In this document: in pieces, positions 1-18,000 of the stretch
Numbering within the stretch: position 1 is the first letter of the stretch
How the letters are laid out: every line of letters starts with the position of its first letter
NCBI GenBank assembly: GCA_964035545.1
Contig: CAXIUT010000183.1
Span: forward strand, 682,001-746,000
Direction of reading: 5' to 3'
Length of the DNA: 64,000 nt
DNA from: Bugula neritina
Lineage: Eukaryota; Animalia; Bryozoa
Position numbers and translations under genes: made by a program
The notes under the pieces: generated by a model
What the model saw: the letters and a program-made list of their open reading frames with translations, nothing else
Told to the model about the DNA's origin: nothing
The model's database searches: none

Positions 1-3000
1 TACACTGTAACATATTGAAATACACTGCAACAAACTACAACATATTGAAATACACTGCAACGCATTGAAAGACACTGCAACACATTGAAAAATACTGCAA
101 CATACTGAAATATACTGTAACACACTGAAATATACTGCAACATACTGCAACAATCTGAAATACACTGTAACATACTGAAATACACTGCAACAAACTACAA
201 CATATTGAAATACACTGCAACACATTGAAATATACTGCAACATACCTAAATATACGGTAATATACCGAAAAAAAACTGTAACAGATTGAAAAATTCTGCA
301 ACATACTGAAATAAACTGCAACACACTGAAATACACCGCAAAATACTACAACATGCTGAAATACACTGTAACATATTGAAATACACTGCAAAACTTTGAA
401 ATATACTGCAACATACCGAAATATATGTTAAACTACTAAAATATACTGTAACACTTTGAAAAACAGTGCAACATACTGAAATATACTGCGACATTTTGCA
501 ATGTACTGTAACATACTGAAATATGCTGTAGCACACTGAAATACACTGCAACTCACTGAAATATACTGCAACATATTGAAATACACTGCAACATCCTACA
601 ACATGCTAAAATACACGGTAACATATTGAAATACAGTACAACACGTTGAAATATACTGCAACATACCGGAATATATGGTAAAGTACTGAAATATACTGTA
701 ACACACTGAAAAATACTGCAACATACTGAAATATACTGCGACACATTGCAATATACTGCAACATACCAAAATATATGGTAAACTACTGAAATATACTTTA
801 ACACATTGAAAAATACTGCAATATACTGAAATATACTGTAACACACTGAAATATACTGCAACATACTGAAATACACTGTAACATACTGAAATAAACTGCA
901 ACATACCAAAATATATGGTAAACTACTGAAATATACTTTAACACATTGAAAAATCCTGCAACATACTAAAATATACTGTAACACACTGCAAGATACTGCA
1001 ACATACCGAAATACACTGTAACATAGTGAAACACACTGCAACATACTGCATTATACTGACATACACTGGAACATATTGAAATACACTGCAACATCCTACA
1101 ACATGCTGAAATACGCTGTAACATATTGAAATACACTGCAACACATTGAAAAATACTGCAACATACCGAAATATATGGTAAACTATTGAATTATACTGTA
1201 ACACATTGAAAAATACTGGAACACACTGAAATATACTCTGACACAATGCAAAATACTGTAACATACTGAAATATGCTGTAGCACACTGAAATACACTGCA
1301 ACTCACTGAAATATACTGCAACATACTGAAAAACACTGTAACATATTGAGACATACTGCAACATACTGCAACATACTGAAATACACTGTAACATCCTGAA
1401 ATACATTGCAAAATACTGCAACATATTGAAATACACTGCAACACATTGAAATATACTGCAACATACCTAAATATCCGGTAATATACTGAAATATACTGTA
1501 ACACATTGAAAAATACTGCAACATACTGAAATACACTGCAACCCACTGAAATACATCGCAAAAGACTACAACATACTGAAATACACTGTAACATATTGAA
1601 ATACACTGCAACACATTGAAATATACTGCAACCTATAGAAATATATGGTAAACTACTGAAATATACTGTAACGCATTGAAAAATACTGCAACATACTGAA
1701 ATATACTGTAACAAACTGAAATATACTGTAACATACTGAAATACACTGTAACATACTGAAATAAACTGCAACACACTGAAATACACCGCAAAATACTACA
1801 ACATACTGAAATACACTGTAACATATTGAAATACACTGCAACACTTTGAAATATACTGCAACATACCGAAATATATGTTAAACTACTAAAATATACTGTA
1901 ACACTTTGAAAAACAGTGCAACATACTGAAATATACTGCGACACTTTGCAATATTCTGTAACATACTGAGATATGCTGTAGCACACTGAAATACACTACA
2001 ACTCACTGAAACATACTGCAACATACTGAAATACACTGTACCATCCTACAACATACTGAAATACACAGTAACATATTGAAATACACTGCAACACATTGAA
2101 ATATACTGCAACATACCTAAATATACGGTAATATACTGAAATATACTGTATCACATTGAAAAATACTGCAAGATACTGAAATATACTGTGACACATTGCA
2201 ATATACTGTAACATACTGAAATATGCTCAAGCACACTGAAACACACTGCACCTCACTGAAATAAACTGCAACATACTGAAGTACACTGCAACATCCTACA
2301 ACATACTGAAATACAATGTAACATATTGAAACACACTGCAACACATTGAAATATACTGCCATGTACCGAATTATATGGTGGACTACTGAAATATACTGTA
2401 ACACATTGAAAAATACTGCAAGATACTGAAATATACTGCGACACATTGCAATATACTGTAACATACCGAAATATATGGTAGACTATTGAATTATACTGTA
2501 ACACATTGAAAAATACTGAAACAAACTGAAATATACTCTGACACAATGCAAAATACTGTAACATACTGAAATATGCTGTACCACACTGAAATACACTGCA
2601 ACTCACTGAAATATACTGCAACATACTGAAAAACACTGTAACATATTGAGACATACTGCAACATACTGCAACATACTGAAATACACTGTAACATACTGAA
2701 ATACATTGCAAAATACTGCAACATATTGAAATACACTGCAACACATTGAAATATACTGCAACATACCTAAATATCCGGTAATATACTGAGATATACTGTA
2801 ACACATTGAAAAATACTGCAACATACTGAAATACACTGCAACCCACTGAAATACATCGCAAAAGACTACAACATACTGAAATACACTGTAACATATTGAA
2901 ATACACTGCAACACATTGAAATATACTGCAACCTATAGAAGTATATGGTAAACTACTGAAATATACTGTAACACATTGAAAAATACTGCATCATACTGAA

Positions 3001-6000
3001 ATATACTGCGACATAATGCAATATTCTGTAACATACTGAGATATGCTGTAGCACACTGAAATACACTACAACTCACTGAAACATACTGCAACATACTGAA
3101 ATACACTGTAACATCCTACAACATACTGAAATACACAGTAACATATTGAAATACACTGCAACACATTGAAATATACTGCAACATACCTAAATATACGGTA
3201 ATATACTGAAATATACTGTATCACATTGAAAAATACTGCAAGATACTGAAATATACTGTGACACATTGCAATATACTGTAACATACTGAAATATGCTCAA
3301 GCACACTGAAACACACTGCACCTCACTGAAACATACTGCAACATACTGAAATACACTGCAACATCCTACAACATACTGAAATACACTGCAACATATTGAA
3401 AGACACTGCAAGACAATGAAATATACTGCAACATACTGAAATATACTGTAACACACTGAAATATACTGCAACATACTGAAATACACTGCTACATACTGAA
3501 ATATACTGCAACATACTGCAACATACTGAAATACACTGTAACATACTGAAATACACTGCAACAAACTACAACATATTGAAATACACTGCAACACATTGAA
3601 ATATACTGCAACATACCTAAATATACGGTAATATAGCGGAAAAAAACTGTAACAGATTGACAAATTCTGCAACATACTGAAATATACTGCGACGCATTGC
3701 AATATACTGTAACATACTGAAATATGCTCTAGCACACTGAAATACACTGCAACCCACTGAAATATACTGCAACATACGGAAATACACTGCAACACATTGA
3801 AATACACTGCAACATACCAAAATAAATGGTAAACTACTGAAATATACTTTAACACATTGAAAAATACTGCAACATACTGAAATATACTGTAACACACTGA
3901 AATATACTGCAACATACTGAAATACACTGTAACATATTGAAATACACTGCAACAAACTACAACATATTGAAATACACTGCAACGCATTGAAAGACACTGC
4001 AACACATTGAAATATACTGCAATATACCAATATATATGGTAAACTGCTGAAATATACTTTAACACATTGAAAAATACTGCAACATACTGAAATATACTGT
4101 AACTCACTGAAATATACTGCAACATACTGCAACAATCTGAAATACACTGTAACATACTGAAATACACTGCAACAAACTACAACATATTGAAATACACTGC
4201 AACACATTGAAATATACTGCAACATACCTAAATATACGGTAATATACCGAAAAAAAACTGTAACAGATTGAAAAATTCTGCAACATACTGAAATAAACTG
4301 CAACACACTGAAATACACCGCAAAATACTACAACATACTGAAATACACTGTAACATATTGAAATACACTGCAACACTTTGAAATATACTGCAACATACCG
4401 AAATATATGTTAAACTACTAAAATATACTGTAACACTTTGAAAAACAGTGCAACATACTGAAATATACTGCGACACTTTGCAATGTACTGTAACATACTG
4501 AAATATGCTGTAGCACACTGAAATACACTGCAACTCACTGAAATATACTGCAACATATTGAAATACACTGCAACATCCTACAACATGCTAAAATACACGG
4601 TAACATATTGAAATACGGTACAACACGTTGAAATATACTGCAACATACCGGAATATATGGTAAAGTACTGAAATATACTGTAACACACTGAAAAATACTG
4701 CAACATACTGAAATATACTGCGACACATTGCAATATACTGCAACATACCAAAATATATGGTAAACTACTGAAATATACTTTAACACATTGAAAAATACTG
4801 CAACATACTGAAAAATACTGTAACACACTGAAACATACTGCAACATACTGAAATACACTGTAACATACTGAAATAAACTGCAACATACCAAAATATATGG
4901 TAAACTACTGAAATATACTTTAACACATTGAAAAATCCTGCAACATACTAAAATATACTGTAACACACTGCAAGATACTGCAACATACCGAAATACACTG
5001 TAACATAGTGAAACACACTGCAACATACTGCATTATACTGACATACACTGGAACATATTGAAATACACTGCAACATCCTACAACATGCTGAAATACGCTG
5101 TAACATATTGAAATACACTGCAACACATTGAAAAATACTGCAACATACCGAAATATATGGTAAACTATTGAATTATACTGTAACACATTGAAAAATACTG
5201 AAACAAACTGAAATATACTCTGACACAATGCAAAATACTGTAACATACTGAAATATGCTGTAGCACACTGAAATACACTGCAACTCACTGAAATATACTG
5301 CAACATACTGAAAAACACTGTAACATATTGAGACATACTGCAACATACTGCAACATACTGAAATACACTGTAACATACTGAAATACATTGCAAAATACTG
5401 CAACATATTGAAATACACTGCAACACATTGAAATATACTGCAACATACCTAAATATCCGGTAATATACTGAGATATACTGTAACACATTGAAAAATACTG
5501 CAACATACTGAAATACACTGCAACCCACTGAAATACATCGCAAAAGACTACAACATACTGAAATACACTGTAACATATTGAAATACACTGCAACACATTG
5601 AAATATACTGCAACCTATAGAAATATATGGTAAACTACTGAAATATACTGTAACACATTGAAAAATACTGCATCATACTGAAATATACTGCGACATAATG
5701 CAATATTCTGTAACATACTGAGATATGCTGTAGCACACTGAAATACACTACAACTCACTGAAACATACTGCAACATACTGAAATACACTGTAACATCCTA
5801 CAACATACTGAAATACACAGTAACATATTGAAATACACTGCAACACATTGAAATATACTGCAACATACCTAAATATACGGTAATATACTGAAATATACTG
5901 TATCACATTGAAAAATACTGCAAGATACTGAAATATACTGTGACACATTGCAATATACTGTAACATACTGAAATATGCTCAAGCACACTGAAACACACTG

Positions 6001-9000
6001 CACCTCACTGAAACATACTGCAACATACTGAAGTACACTGCAACATCCTACAACATACTGAAATACAATGTAACATATTGAAACACACTGCAACACATTG
6101 AAATATACTGCCATGTACCGAATTATATGGTGGACTACTGAAATATACTGTAACACATTGAAAAATACTGCAAGATACTGAAATATACTGCGACACATTG
6201 CAATATACTGTAACATACCGAAATATATGGTAAACTATTGAATTATACTGTAACACATTGAAAAATACTGAAACAAACTGAAATATACTCTGACACAATG
6301 CAAAATACTGTAACATACTGAAATATGCTGTAGCACACTGAAATACACTGCAACTCACTGAAATATACTGCAACATACTGAAAAACACTGTAACATATTG
6401 AGACATACTGCAACATACTGCAACATACTGAAATACACTGTAACATACTGAAATACATTGCAAAATACTGCAACATATTGAAATACACTGCAACACATTG
6501 AAATATACTGCAACATACCTAAATATCCGGTAATATACTGAGATATACGGTAACACATTGAAAAATACTGCAACATACTGAAATACACTGCAACCCACTG
6601 AAATACATCGCAAAAGACTACAACATACTGAAATACACTGTAACATATTGAAATACACTGCAACACATTGAAATATACTGCAACCTATAGAAATATATGG
6701 TAAACTACTGAAATATACTGTAACACATTGAAAAATACTGCATCATACTGAAATATACTGCGACATAATGCAATATTCTGTAACATACTGAGATATGCTG
6801 TAGCACACTGAAATACACTACAACTCACTGAAACATACTGCAACATACTGAAATACACTGTAACATCCTACAACATACTGAAATACACAGTAACATATTG
6901 AAATACACTGCAACACATTGAAATATACTGCAACATACCTAAATATACGGTAATATACTGAAATATACTGTATCACATTGAAAAATACTGCAAGATACTG
7001 AAATATACTGTGACACATTGCAATATACTGTAACATACTGAAATATGCTCAAGCACACTGAAACACACTGCACCTCACTGAAACATACTGCAACATACTG
7101 AAATACACTGCAACATCCTACAACATACTGAAATACACTGCAACATATTGAAAGACACTGCAAGACAATGAAATATACTGCAACATACTGAAATATACTG
7201 TAACACACTGAAATATACTGCAACATACTGAAATACACTGCTACATACTGAAATATACTGCAACATACTGCAACATACTGAAATATACTGTAACAAACTG
7301 AAATATACTGCAACATACTGAAATACACTGTAACATACTGAAATAAACTGCAACATACTGAAGTACACTGCAACATCCTACAACATACTGAAATACAATG
7401 TAACATATTGAAACACACTGCACGCATTGAAATATACTGCAATGTACCGAATTATATGGTGGACTACTGAAATATACTGTAACACATTGAAAAATACTGC
7501 AAGATACTGAAATATACTGCGACACATTGCAAAATACTGTAACATACTGAAATATGCTACAGCACACTGAAATACACTGCAACTCACTGAAATATACTGC
7601 AACATATTGAAATACACTGCAACATTCTACAACATGCTGAAACACACAGTAACGTATTGAAATACACTGCAACACATTGAAATATACAGCAACATACCGA
7701 AATATATGGTAAACTACTGAAATAGACTGTAACACATTGCAAAAGACTGCAACATACTGAAATATACTGCAACATACTGCAACATACTGAAATACACTGT
7801 AACATACTGAAATACACTGCAACAAACTACAACATATTGAAATACACTGCAACACATTGAAATATACTGCAACATACCTAAATATACGGTAATATAGCGG
7901 AAAAAAACTGTAACAGATTGACAAATTCTGCAACATACTGAAATATACTGCGACACATTGCAATATACTGTAACATACTGAAATATGCTCTAGCACACTG
8001 AAATACACTGCAACCCACTGAAATATACTGCAACATACGGAAATACACTGCAACACATTGAAATACACTGCAACATACCAAAATAAATGGTAAACTACTG
8101 AAATATACTTTAACACATTGAAAAATACTGCAACATACTGAAATATACTGTAACACACTGAAATATACTGCAACATACTGAAATACACTGTAACATATTG
8201 AAATACACTGCAACAAACTACAACATATTGAAATACACTGCAACGCATTGAAAGACACTGCAACACATTGAAATATACTGCAATATACCAATATATATGG
8301 TAAACTGCTGAAATATACTTTAACACATTGAAAAATACTGCAACATACTGAAATATACTGTAACACACTGAAATATACTGCAACATACTGCAACAATCTG
8401 AAATACACTGTAACATACTGAAATACACTGCAACAAACTACAACATATTGAAATACACTGCAACACATTGAAATATACTGCAACATACCTAAATATACGG
8501 TAATATACCGAAAAAAAACTGTAACAGATTGAAAAATTCTGCAACATACTGAAATAAACTGCAACACACTGAAATACACCGCAAAATACTACAACATACT
8601 GAAATACACTGTAACATATTGAAATACACTGCAACACTTTGAAATATACTGCAACATACCGAAATATATGTTAAACTACTAAAATATACTGTAACACTTT
8701 GAAAAACAGTGCAACATACTGAAATATACTGCGACACTTTGCAATGTACTGTAACATTCTGAAATATGCTGTAGCACACTGAAATACACTGCAACTCACT
8801 GAAATATACTGCAACATATTGAAATACACTGCAACATCCTACAACATGCTAAAATACACGGTAACATATTGAAATACGGTGCAACACGTTGAAATATACT
8901 GCAACATACCGGAATATATGGTAAAGTACTGAAATATACTGTAACACACTGAAAAATACTGCAACATACTGAAATATACTGCGACACATTGCAATATACT

Positions 9001-12000
9001 GCAACATACCAAAATATATGGTAAACTACTGAAATATACTTTAACACATTGAAAAATACTGCAACATACTGAAATATACTGTAACACACTGAAATATACT
9101 GCAACATACTGAAATACACTGTAACATACTGAAATAAACAGCAACATACCAAAATATATGGTAAACTACTGAAATATACTTTAACACATTGAAAAATCCT
9201 GCAACATACTAAAATATACTGTAACACACTGCAAGATACTGCAACATACCGAAATACACTGTAACATAGTGAAACACACTGCAACATACTGCATTATACT
9301 GACATACACTGGAACATATTGAAATACACTGCAACATCCTACAACATGCTGAAATACGCTGTAACATATTGAAATACACTGCAACACATTGAAAAATACT
9401 GCAACATACCGAAATATATGGTAAACTATTGAATTATACTGTAACACATTGAAAAATACTGGAACACACTGAAATATACTCTGACACAATGCAAAATACT
9501 ATAACATACTGAAATATGCTGTAGCACACTGAAATACACTGCAACTCACTGAAATATACTGCAACATACTGAAAACACTGTAACATATTGAGACATACTG
9601 CAACATACTGCAACATACTGAAATACACTGTAACATACTGAAATACATTGCAAAATACTGCAACATATTGAAATACACTGCAACACCATGAAATATACTG
9701 CAACATACCTAAATATCCGGTAATATACTGAAATATACTGTAACACATTGAAAAATACTGCAACATACTGAAATACACTGCAACCCACTGAAATACATCG
9801 CAAAAGACTACAACATACTGAAATACACTGTAACATATTGAAATACACTGCAACACATTGAAATATACTGCAACCTATAGAAATATATGGTAAACTACTG
9901 AAATATACTGTAACGCATTGAAAAATACTGCAACATACTGAAATATACTGTAACAAACTGAAATATACTGCAACATACTGAAATACACTGTAACATACTG
10001 AAATAAACTGCAACATACTGAAGTACACTGCAACATCCTACAACATACTGAAATACAATGTAACATATTGAAACACACTGCACGCATTGAAATATACTGC
10101 AATGTACCGAATTATATGGTGGACTACTGAAATATACTGTAACACATTGAAAAATACTGCAAGATACTGAAATATACTGCGACACATTGCAATATACTGT
10201 AACATACTGAAATATGCTACAGCACACTGAAATACACTGCAACTCACTGAAATATACTGCAACATATTGAAATACACTGCAACATTCTACAACATGCTGA
10301 AACACACAGTAACGTATTGAAATACACTGCAACACATTGAAATATACAGCAACATACCGAAATATATGGTAAACTACTGAAATAGACTGTAACACATTGC
10401 AAAAGACTGCAACATACTGAAATATACTGCGACACATTGCAATATACTGTAACATACTGAAATATGCTCTAGCACACTGAAATACACTGCAACTCACTGA
10501 AATATACTGCAACATACTGAAATACACTGCAACACATTGAAATATACTGCAACCTACAGAAATAGGTGGTAAACTACTGAAATATACTGTAACACATTGA
10601 AAAATACTGCAACATAATGAAATATACTGCGACACATTGTAATATACTGTAACATACTGAAACATACTGCAGCACACTGAATTAGACTGCAGCTCACTGA
10701 AATATACTGCATTATACTGAAATTCACTGCAGCATCCTACAACATGCTGAAATACACTGTAACATAATGAAATACACTGCAACAAACTACAACATATTGA
10801 AATACACTGCAACGCATTGAAAGACACTGCAACACATTGAAATATACTGCAATATACTAATATATATGGTAAACTGCTGAAATATACTTTAACACATTGA
10901 AAAATACTGCAACATACTGAAATATACTGTAACACACTGAAATATACTGCAACATACTGAAATACACTGCTAGATACTGAAATATACTGCAACATACTGC
11001 AACAATCTGAAATACACTGTAACATACTGAAATACACTGCAACAAACTACAACATATTGAAATACACTGCAACACATTGAAATATACCGCAACATACCTA
11101 AATATACGGTAATATACCGAAAAAAAACTGTAACAGATTGAAAAATTCTGCAACATACTGAAATAAACTGCAACACACTGAAATACACCGCAAAATACTA
11201 CAACATACTGAAATACACTGTAACATATTGAAATACACTGCAACACTTTGAAATATACTGCAACATACCGAAATATATGTTAAACTACTAAAATATACTG
11301 TAACACTTTGAAAAACAGTGCAACATACTGAAATATACTGCGACATTTTGCAATGTACTGTAACATACTGAAATATGCTGTAGCACACTGAAATACACTG
11401 CAACTCACTGAAATATACTGCAACATATTGAAATACACTGCAATATCCTACAACATGCTAAAATACACTATAACATATTGAAATACAGTACAACACATTG
11501 AAATATACTGCAACATACCGGAATATATGGTAAAGTACTGAAATATACTGTAACACACTGAAAAATACTGCAACATACTGAAATATACTGCGACACATTG
11601 CAATATACTGCAACATACCAAAATATATGGTAAACTACTGAAATATACTTTGACACACCGAAAAATACTGCAACATACTGAAATATACTGTAACACACTG
11701 AAATATACTGCAACATACTGAAATACACTGTAACATACTGAAATAAACTGCAACATACCAAAATATATGGTAAACTACTGAAATATACTTTAACACATTG
11801 AAAAATCCTGCAACATACTAAAATATACTGTAACACACTGCAAGATACTGCAACATACCGAAATACACTGTAACATAGTGAAACACACTGCAACATACTG
11901 CATTATACTGACATACACTGGAACATATTGAAATACACTGCAACATCCTACAACATGCTGAAATACGCTGTAACATATTGAAATACACTGCAACACATTG

Positions 12001-15000
12001 AAAAATACTGCAACATACAGAAATATATGGTAAACTATTGAATTATACTGTAACACATTGAAAAATACTGGAACACACTGAAATATACTCTGACACAATG
12101 CAAAATACTGTAACATACTGAAATATGCTGTAGCACACTGAAATACACTGCAACTCACTGAAATATACTGCAACATACTGAAAAACACTGTAACATATTG
12201 AGACATACTGCAACATACTGCAACATACTGAAATACACTGTAACATCCTGAAATACATTGCAAAATACTGCAACATATTGAAATACACTGCAACACATTG
12301 AAATATACTGCAACATACCTAAATATCCGGTAATATACTGAAATATACTGTAACACATTGAAAAATACTGCAACATACTGAAATACACTGCAACCCACTG
12401 AAATACATCGCAAAAGACTACAACATACTGAAATACACTGTAACATATTGAAATACACTGCAACACATTGAAATATACTGCAACCTATAGAAATATATGG
12501 TAAACTACTGAAATATACTGTAACGCATTGAAAAATACTGCAACATACTGAAATATACTGTAACAAACTGAAATATACTGCAACATACTGAAATACACTG
12601 TAACATACTGAAATAAACTGCAACATACTGAAGTACACTGCAACATCCTACAACATACTGAAACACAATGTAACATATTGAAACACACTGCAACACATTG
12701 AAATATACTGCCATGTACCGAATTATATGGTGGACTACTGAAATATACTGTAACACATTGAAAAATACTGCAAGATACTGAAATATACTGCGACACATTG
12801 CAATATACTGTAACATACCGAAATATATGGTAAACTATTGAATTATACTGTAACACATTGAAAAATACTGAAACAAACTGAAATATACTCTGACACAATG
12901 CAAAATACTGTAACATACTGAAATATGCTGTAGCACACTGAAATACACTGCAACTCACTGAAATATACTGCAACATACTGAAAAACACTGTAACATATTG
13001 AGACATACTGCAACATACTGCAACATACTGAAATACACTGTAACATACTGAAATACATTGCAAAATACTGCAACATATTGAAATACACTGCAACACATTG
13101 AAATATACTGCAACATACCTAAATATCCGGTAATATACTGAGTTATACTGTAACACATTGAAAAATACTGCAACATACTGAAATACAGTGCAACCCACTG
13201 AAATACATCGCAAAAGACTACAACATACTGAAATACACTGTAACATATTGAAATACACTGCAACACATTGAAATATACTGCAACCTATAGAAATATATGA
13301 TAAACTACTGAAATATACTGTAACACATTGAAAAATACTGCAACATACTGAAACATACTGCGACACATTGCAATATACTGTAACATACTGAAACATGCTG
13401 TAGCACACTGAAATAGACTGCAGCTCACTGAAATATACTGCAACATACTGAAATTCACTGCAGCATCCTACAACATGCTGAAATACACTGTAACATATTG
13501 AAATACACTGCAACACATTGAAATATACTGCAACATACCGCAATATATGGTAAACTACTGAAATATACTGTAACACATCGAAAAATACTGCATCATACTG
13601 AAATATACTGCGACATAATGCAATATTCTGTAACATACTGAGATATGCTGTAGCACACTGAAATACACTACAACTCACTGAAACATACTGCAACATACTG
13701 AAATACACTGTAACATCCTACAACATACTGAAATACACAGTAACATATTGAAATACACTGCAACACATTGAAATATACTGCAACATACCTAAATATACGG
13801 TAATATACTGAAATATACTGTAACACATTGAAAAATACTGCAAGATACTGAAATATACTGTGACACATTGCAATATACTGTAACATACTGAAATATGCTC
13901 AAGCACACTGAAACACACTGCACCTCACTGAAACATACTGCAACATACTGAAATACACTGCAACATCCTACAACATACTGAAATACACTGCAACATATTG
14001 AAAGACACTGCAAGACAATGAAATATACTGCGACATACTGAAATATACTGTAACACACTGAAATATACTGCAACATACTGAAATACACTGCTACATACTG
14101 AAATATACTGCAACATACTGCAACATACTGAAATACACTGTAACATACTGAAATACACTGCAACAAACTACAACATATTGAAATACACTGCAACATATTG
14201 AAATATACTGCAACATACCTAAATATACAGTAATATAGCGGAAAAAAACTGTAACAGATTGACAAATTCTGCAAAATACTGAAATATACTGCGACGCATT
14301 GCAATATACTGTAACATACTGAAATATGCTCTAGCACACTGAAATACACTGCAACCCACTGAAATATACTGCAACATACGGAAATACACTGCAACACATT
14401 GAAATACACTGCAACATACCAAAATAAATGGTAAACTACTGAAATATACTTTAACACATTGAAAAATACTGCAACATACTGAAATATACTGTAACACACT
14501 GAAATATACTGCAACATACTGAAATACACTGTAACATATTGAAATACACTGCAACAAACTACAACATATTGAAATACACTGCAACGCATTGAAATACACT
14601 GCAACACATTGAAATATACTGCAACATACCTAAATATCCGGTAATATACTGAAATATACTGTAACACATTGAAAAATACTGCAACATACTGAAATACACT
14701 GCAACCCACTGAAATACATCGCAAAAGACTACAACATACTGAAATACACTGTAACATATTGAAATACACTGCAACACATTGAAATATACTGCAACCTATA
14801 GACATATATGGTAAACTACTGAAATATACTGTAACGCATTGAAAAATACTGCAACATACTGAAATATACTGTAACACACTGAAATATACTGCAACATACT
14901 GCAACAATCTGTAATACACTGTAACATACTGAAATACACTGCAACAAACTACAACATATTGAAATACACTGCAACACATTGAAATATACTGCAACATACC

Positions 15001-18000
15001 TAAATATACGGTAATATACCGAAAAAAAACTGTAACAGATTGAAAAATTCTGCAACATACTGAAATAAACTGCAACACACTGAAATACACCGCAAAATAC
15101 TACAACATACTGAAATACACTGTAACATATTGAAATACACTGCAACACTTTGAAATATACTGCAACATACCGAAATATATGTTAAACTACTAAAATACAC
15201 TGTAACACTTTGAAAAACAGTGCAACATACTGAAATATACTGCGACACTTTGCAATGTACTGTAACATACTGAAATATGCTGTAGCACACTGAAATACAC
15301 TGCAACTCACTGAAATATACTGCAACATATTGAAATACACTGCAACATCCTACAACATGCTAAAATACACGGTAACATATTGAAATACAGTACAACACGT
15401 TGAAATATACTGCAACATACCGGAATATATGGTAAAGTACTGAAATATACTGTAACACACTGAAAAATACTGCATTATACTGAAATATACTGCGACACAT
15501 TGCAATATACTGCAACATACCAAAATATATGGTAAACTACTGAAATATACTTTGACACACCGAAAAATACTGCAACATACTGAAATATACTGTAACACAC
15601 TGAAATATACTGCAACATACTGAAATACACTGTAACATACTGAAATAAACTGCAACATACCAAAATATATGGTAAACTACTGAAATATACTTTAACACAT
15701 TGAAAAATCCTGCAACATACTAAAATATACTGTAACACACTGCAAGATACTGCAACATACCGAAATACACTGTAACATAGTGAAACACACTGCAACATAC
15801 TGCATTATACTGACATACACTGGAACATATTGAAATACACTGCAACATCCTACAACATGCTGAAATACGCTGTAACATATTGAAATACACTGCAACACAT
15901 TGAAAAATACTGCAACATACCGAAATATATGGTAAACTATTGAATTATACTGTAACACATTGAAAAATACTGGAACACACTGAAATATACTCTGACACAA
16001 TGCAAAATACTGTAACATACTGAAATATGCTGTAGCACACTGAAATACACTGCAACTCACTGAAATATACTGCAACATACTGAAAAACACTGTAACATAT
16101 TGAGACATACTGCAACATACTGCAACATACTGAAATACACTGTAACATACTGAAATACATTGCAAAATACTGCAACATATTGAAATACACTGCAACACAT
16201 TGAAATATACTGCAACATACCTAAATATCCGGTAATATACTGAAATATACTGTAACACATTGAAAAATACTGCAACATACTGAAATACACTGCAACCCAC
16301 TGAAATACATCGCAAAAGACTACAACATACTGAAATACACTGTAACATATTGAAATACACTGCAACACATTGAAATATACTGCAACCTATAGAAATATGT
16401 GGTAAACTATTGAAATATACTGTAACGCATTGAAAAATACTGCAACATCCTGAAATATACTGTAACAAACTGAAATATACTGCAACATACTGAAATACAC
16501 TGTAACATACTGAAATAAACTGCAACATACTGAAGTACACTGCAACATCCTACAACATACTGAAAGACAATGTAACATATTGAAACACACTGCAACACAT
16601 TGAAATATACTGCAATGTACCGAATTATATGGTGGACTACTGAAATATACTGTAACACATTGAAAAAATACTGCAAGATACTGAAATATACTGCGACACA
16701 TTGCAATATACTGTAACATACTGAAATATGCTACAGCACACTGAAATACACTGCAACTCACTGAAATATACTGCAACATATTGAAATACACTGCAACATT
16801 CTACAACATGCTGAAAGACACAGTAACGTATTGAAATACACTGCAACACATTGAAATATACAGCAACATACCGAAATATATGGTAAACTACTGAAATAGA
16901 CTGTAACACATTGCAAAAGACTGCAACATACTGAAATATATTGTGACACATTGCAATATACTGTAACATACTGAAATATGCTCTAGCACACTGAAATACA
17001 CTGCAACTCACTGAAATATACTGCAACATACTGAAATACACTGCAACACATTGAAATATACTGCAACCTACAGAAATAGGTGGTAAACTACTGAAATATA
17101 CTGTAACACATTGAAAAATACTGCAACATATTGAAATATACTGCGACACATTGTAATATACTGTAACATACTGAAACATACTGCAGCACACTGAAATAGA
17201 CTGCAGCTCACTGAAATATACTGCATTATACTGAAATTCACTGCAGCATCCTACAACATGCTGAAATACACTGTAACATAATGAAATACACTGCAACAAA
17301 CTACAACATATTGAAATACACTGCAACGCATTGAAAGACACTGCAACACATTGAAATATACTGCAATATACCAATATATATGGTAAACTGCTGAAATATA
17401 CTTTAACACATTGAAAAATACTGCAACATACTGAAATATACTGTAACACACTGAAATATACTGCAACATACTGAAATACACTGCTAGATATTGAAATATA
17501 CTGCAACATACTGCAACAATCTGAAATACACTGTAACATACTGAAATACACTGCAACAAACTACAACATATTGAAATACACTGCAACACATTGAAATATA
17601 CTGCAACATACCTAAATATACGGTAATACACCGAAAAAAAAACTGTGACAGATTGAAAAATTCCGCAACATACTGAAATAAACTGCAACACACTGAAATA
17701 CACCGCAAAATACTACAACATACTGAAATACACTGTAACATATTGAAATACACTGCAACACTTTGAAATATACTGCAACATACCGAAATATATGGTAAAC
17801 TACTAAAATATACTGTAACACTTTGAAATACAGTGCAACATACTGAAATATACTGCGACACTTTGCAATGTACTGTAACATACTGAAATATGCTGTAGCA
17901 CACTGAAATACACTGCAACTCACTAAAATATACTGCAACATATTGAAATACACTGCAACATCCTACAACATGCTAAAATACACTGTAACATATTGAAATA

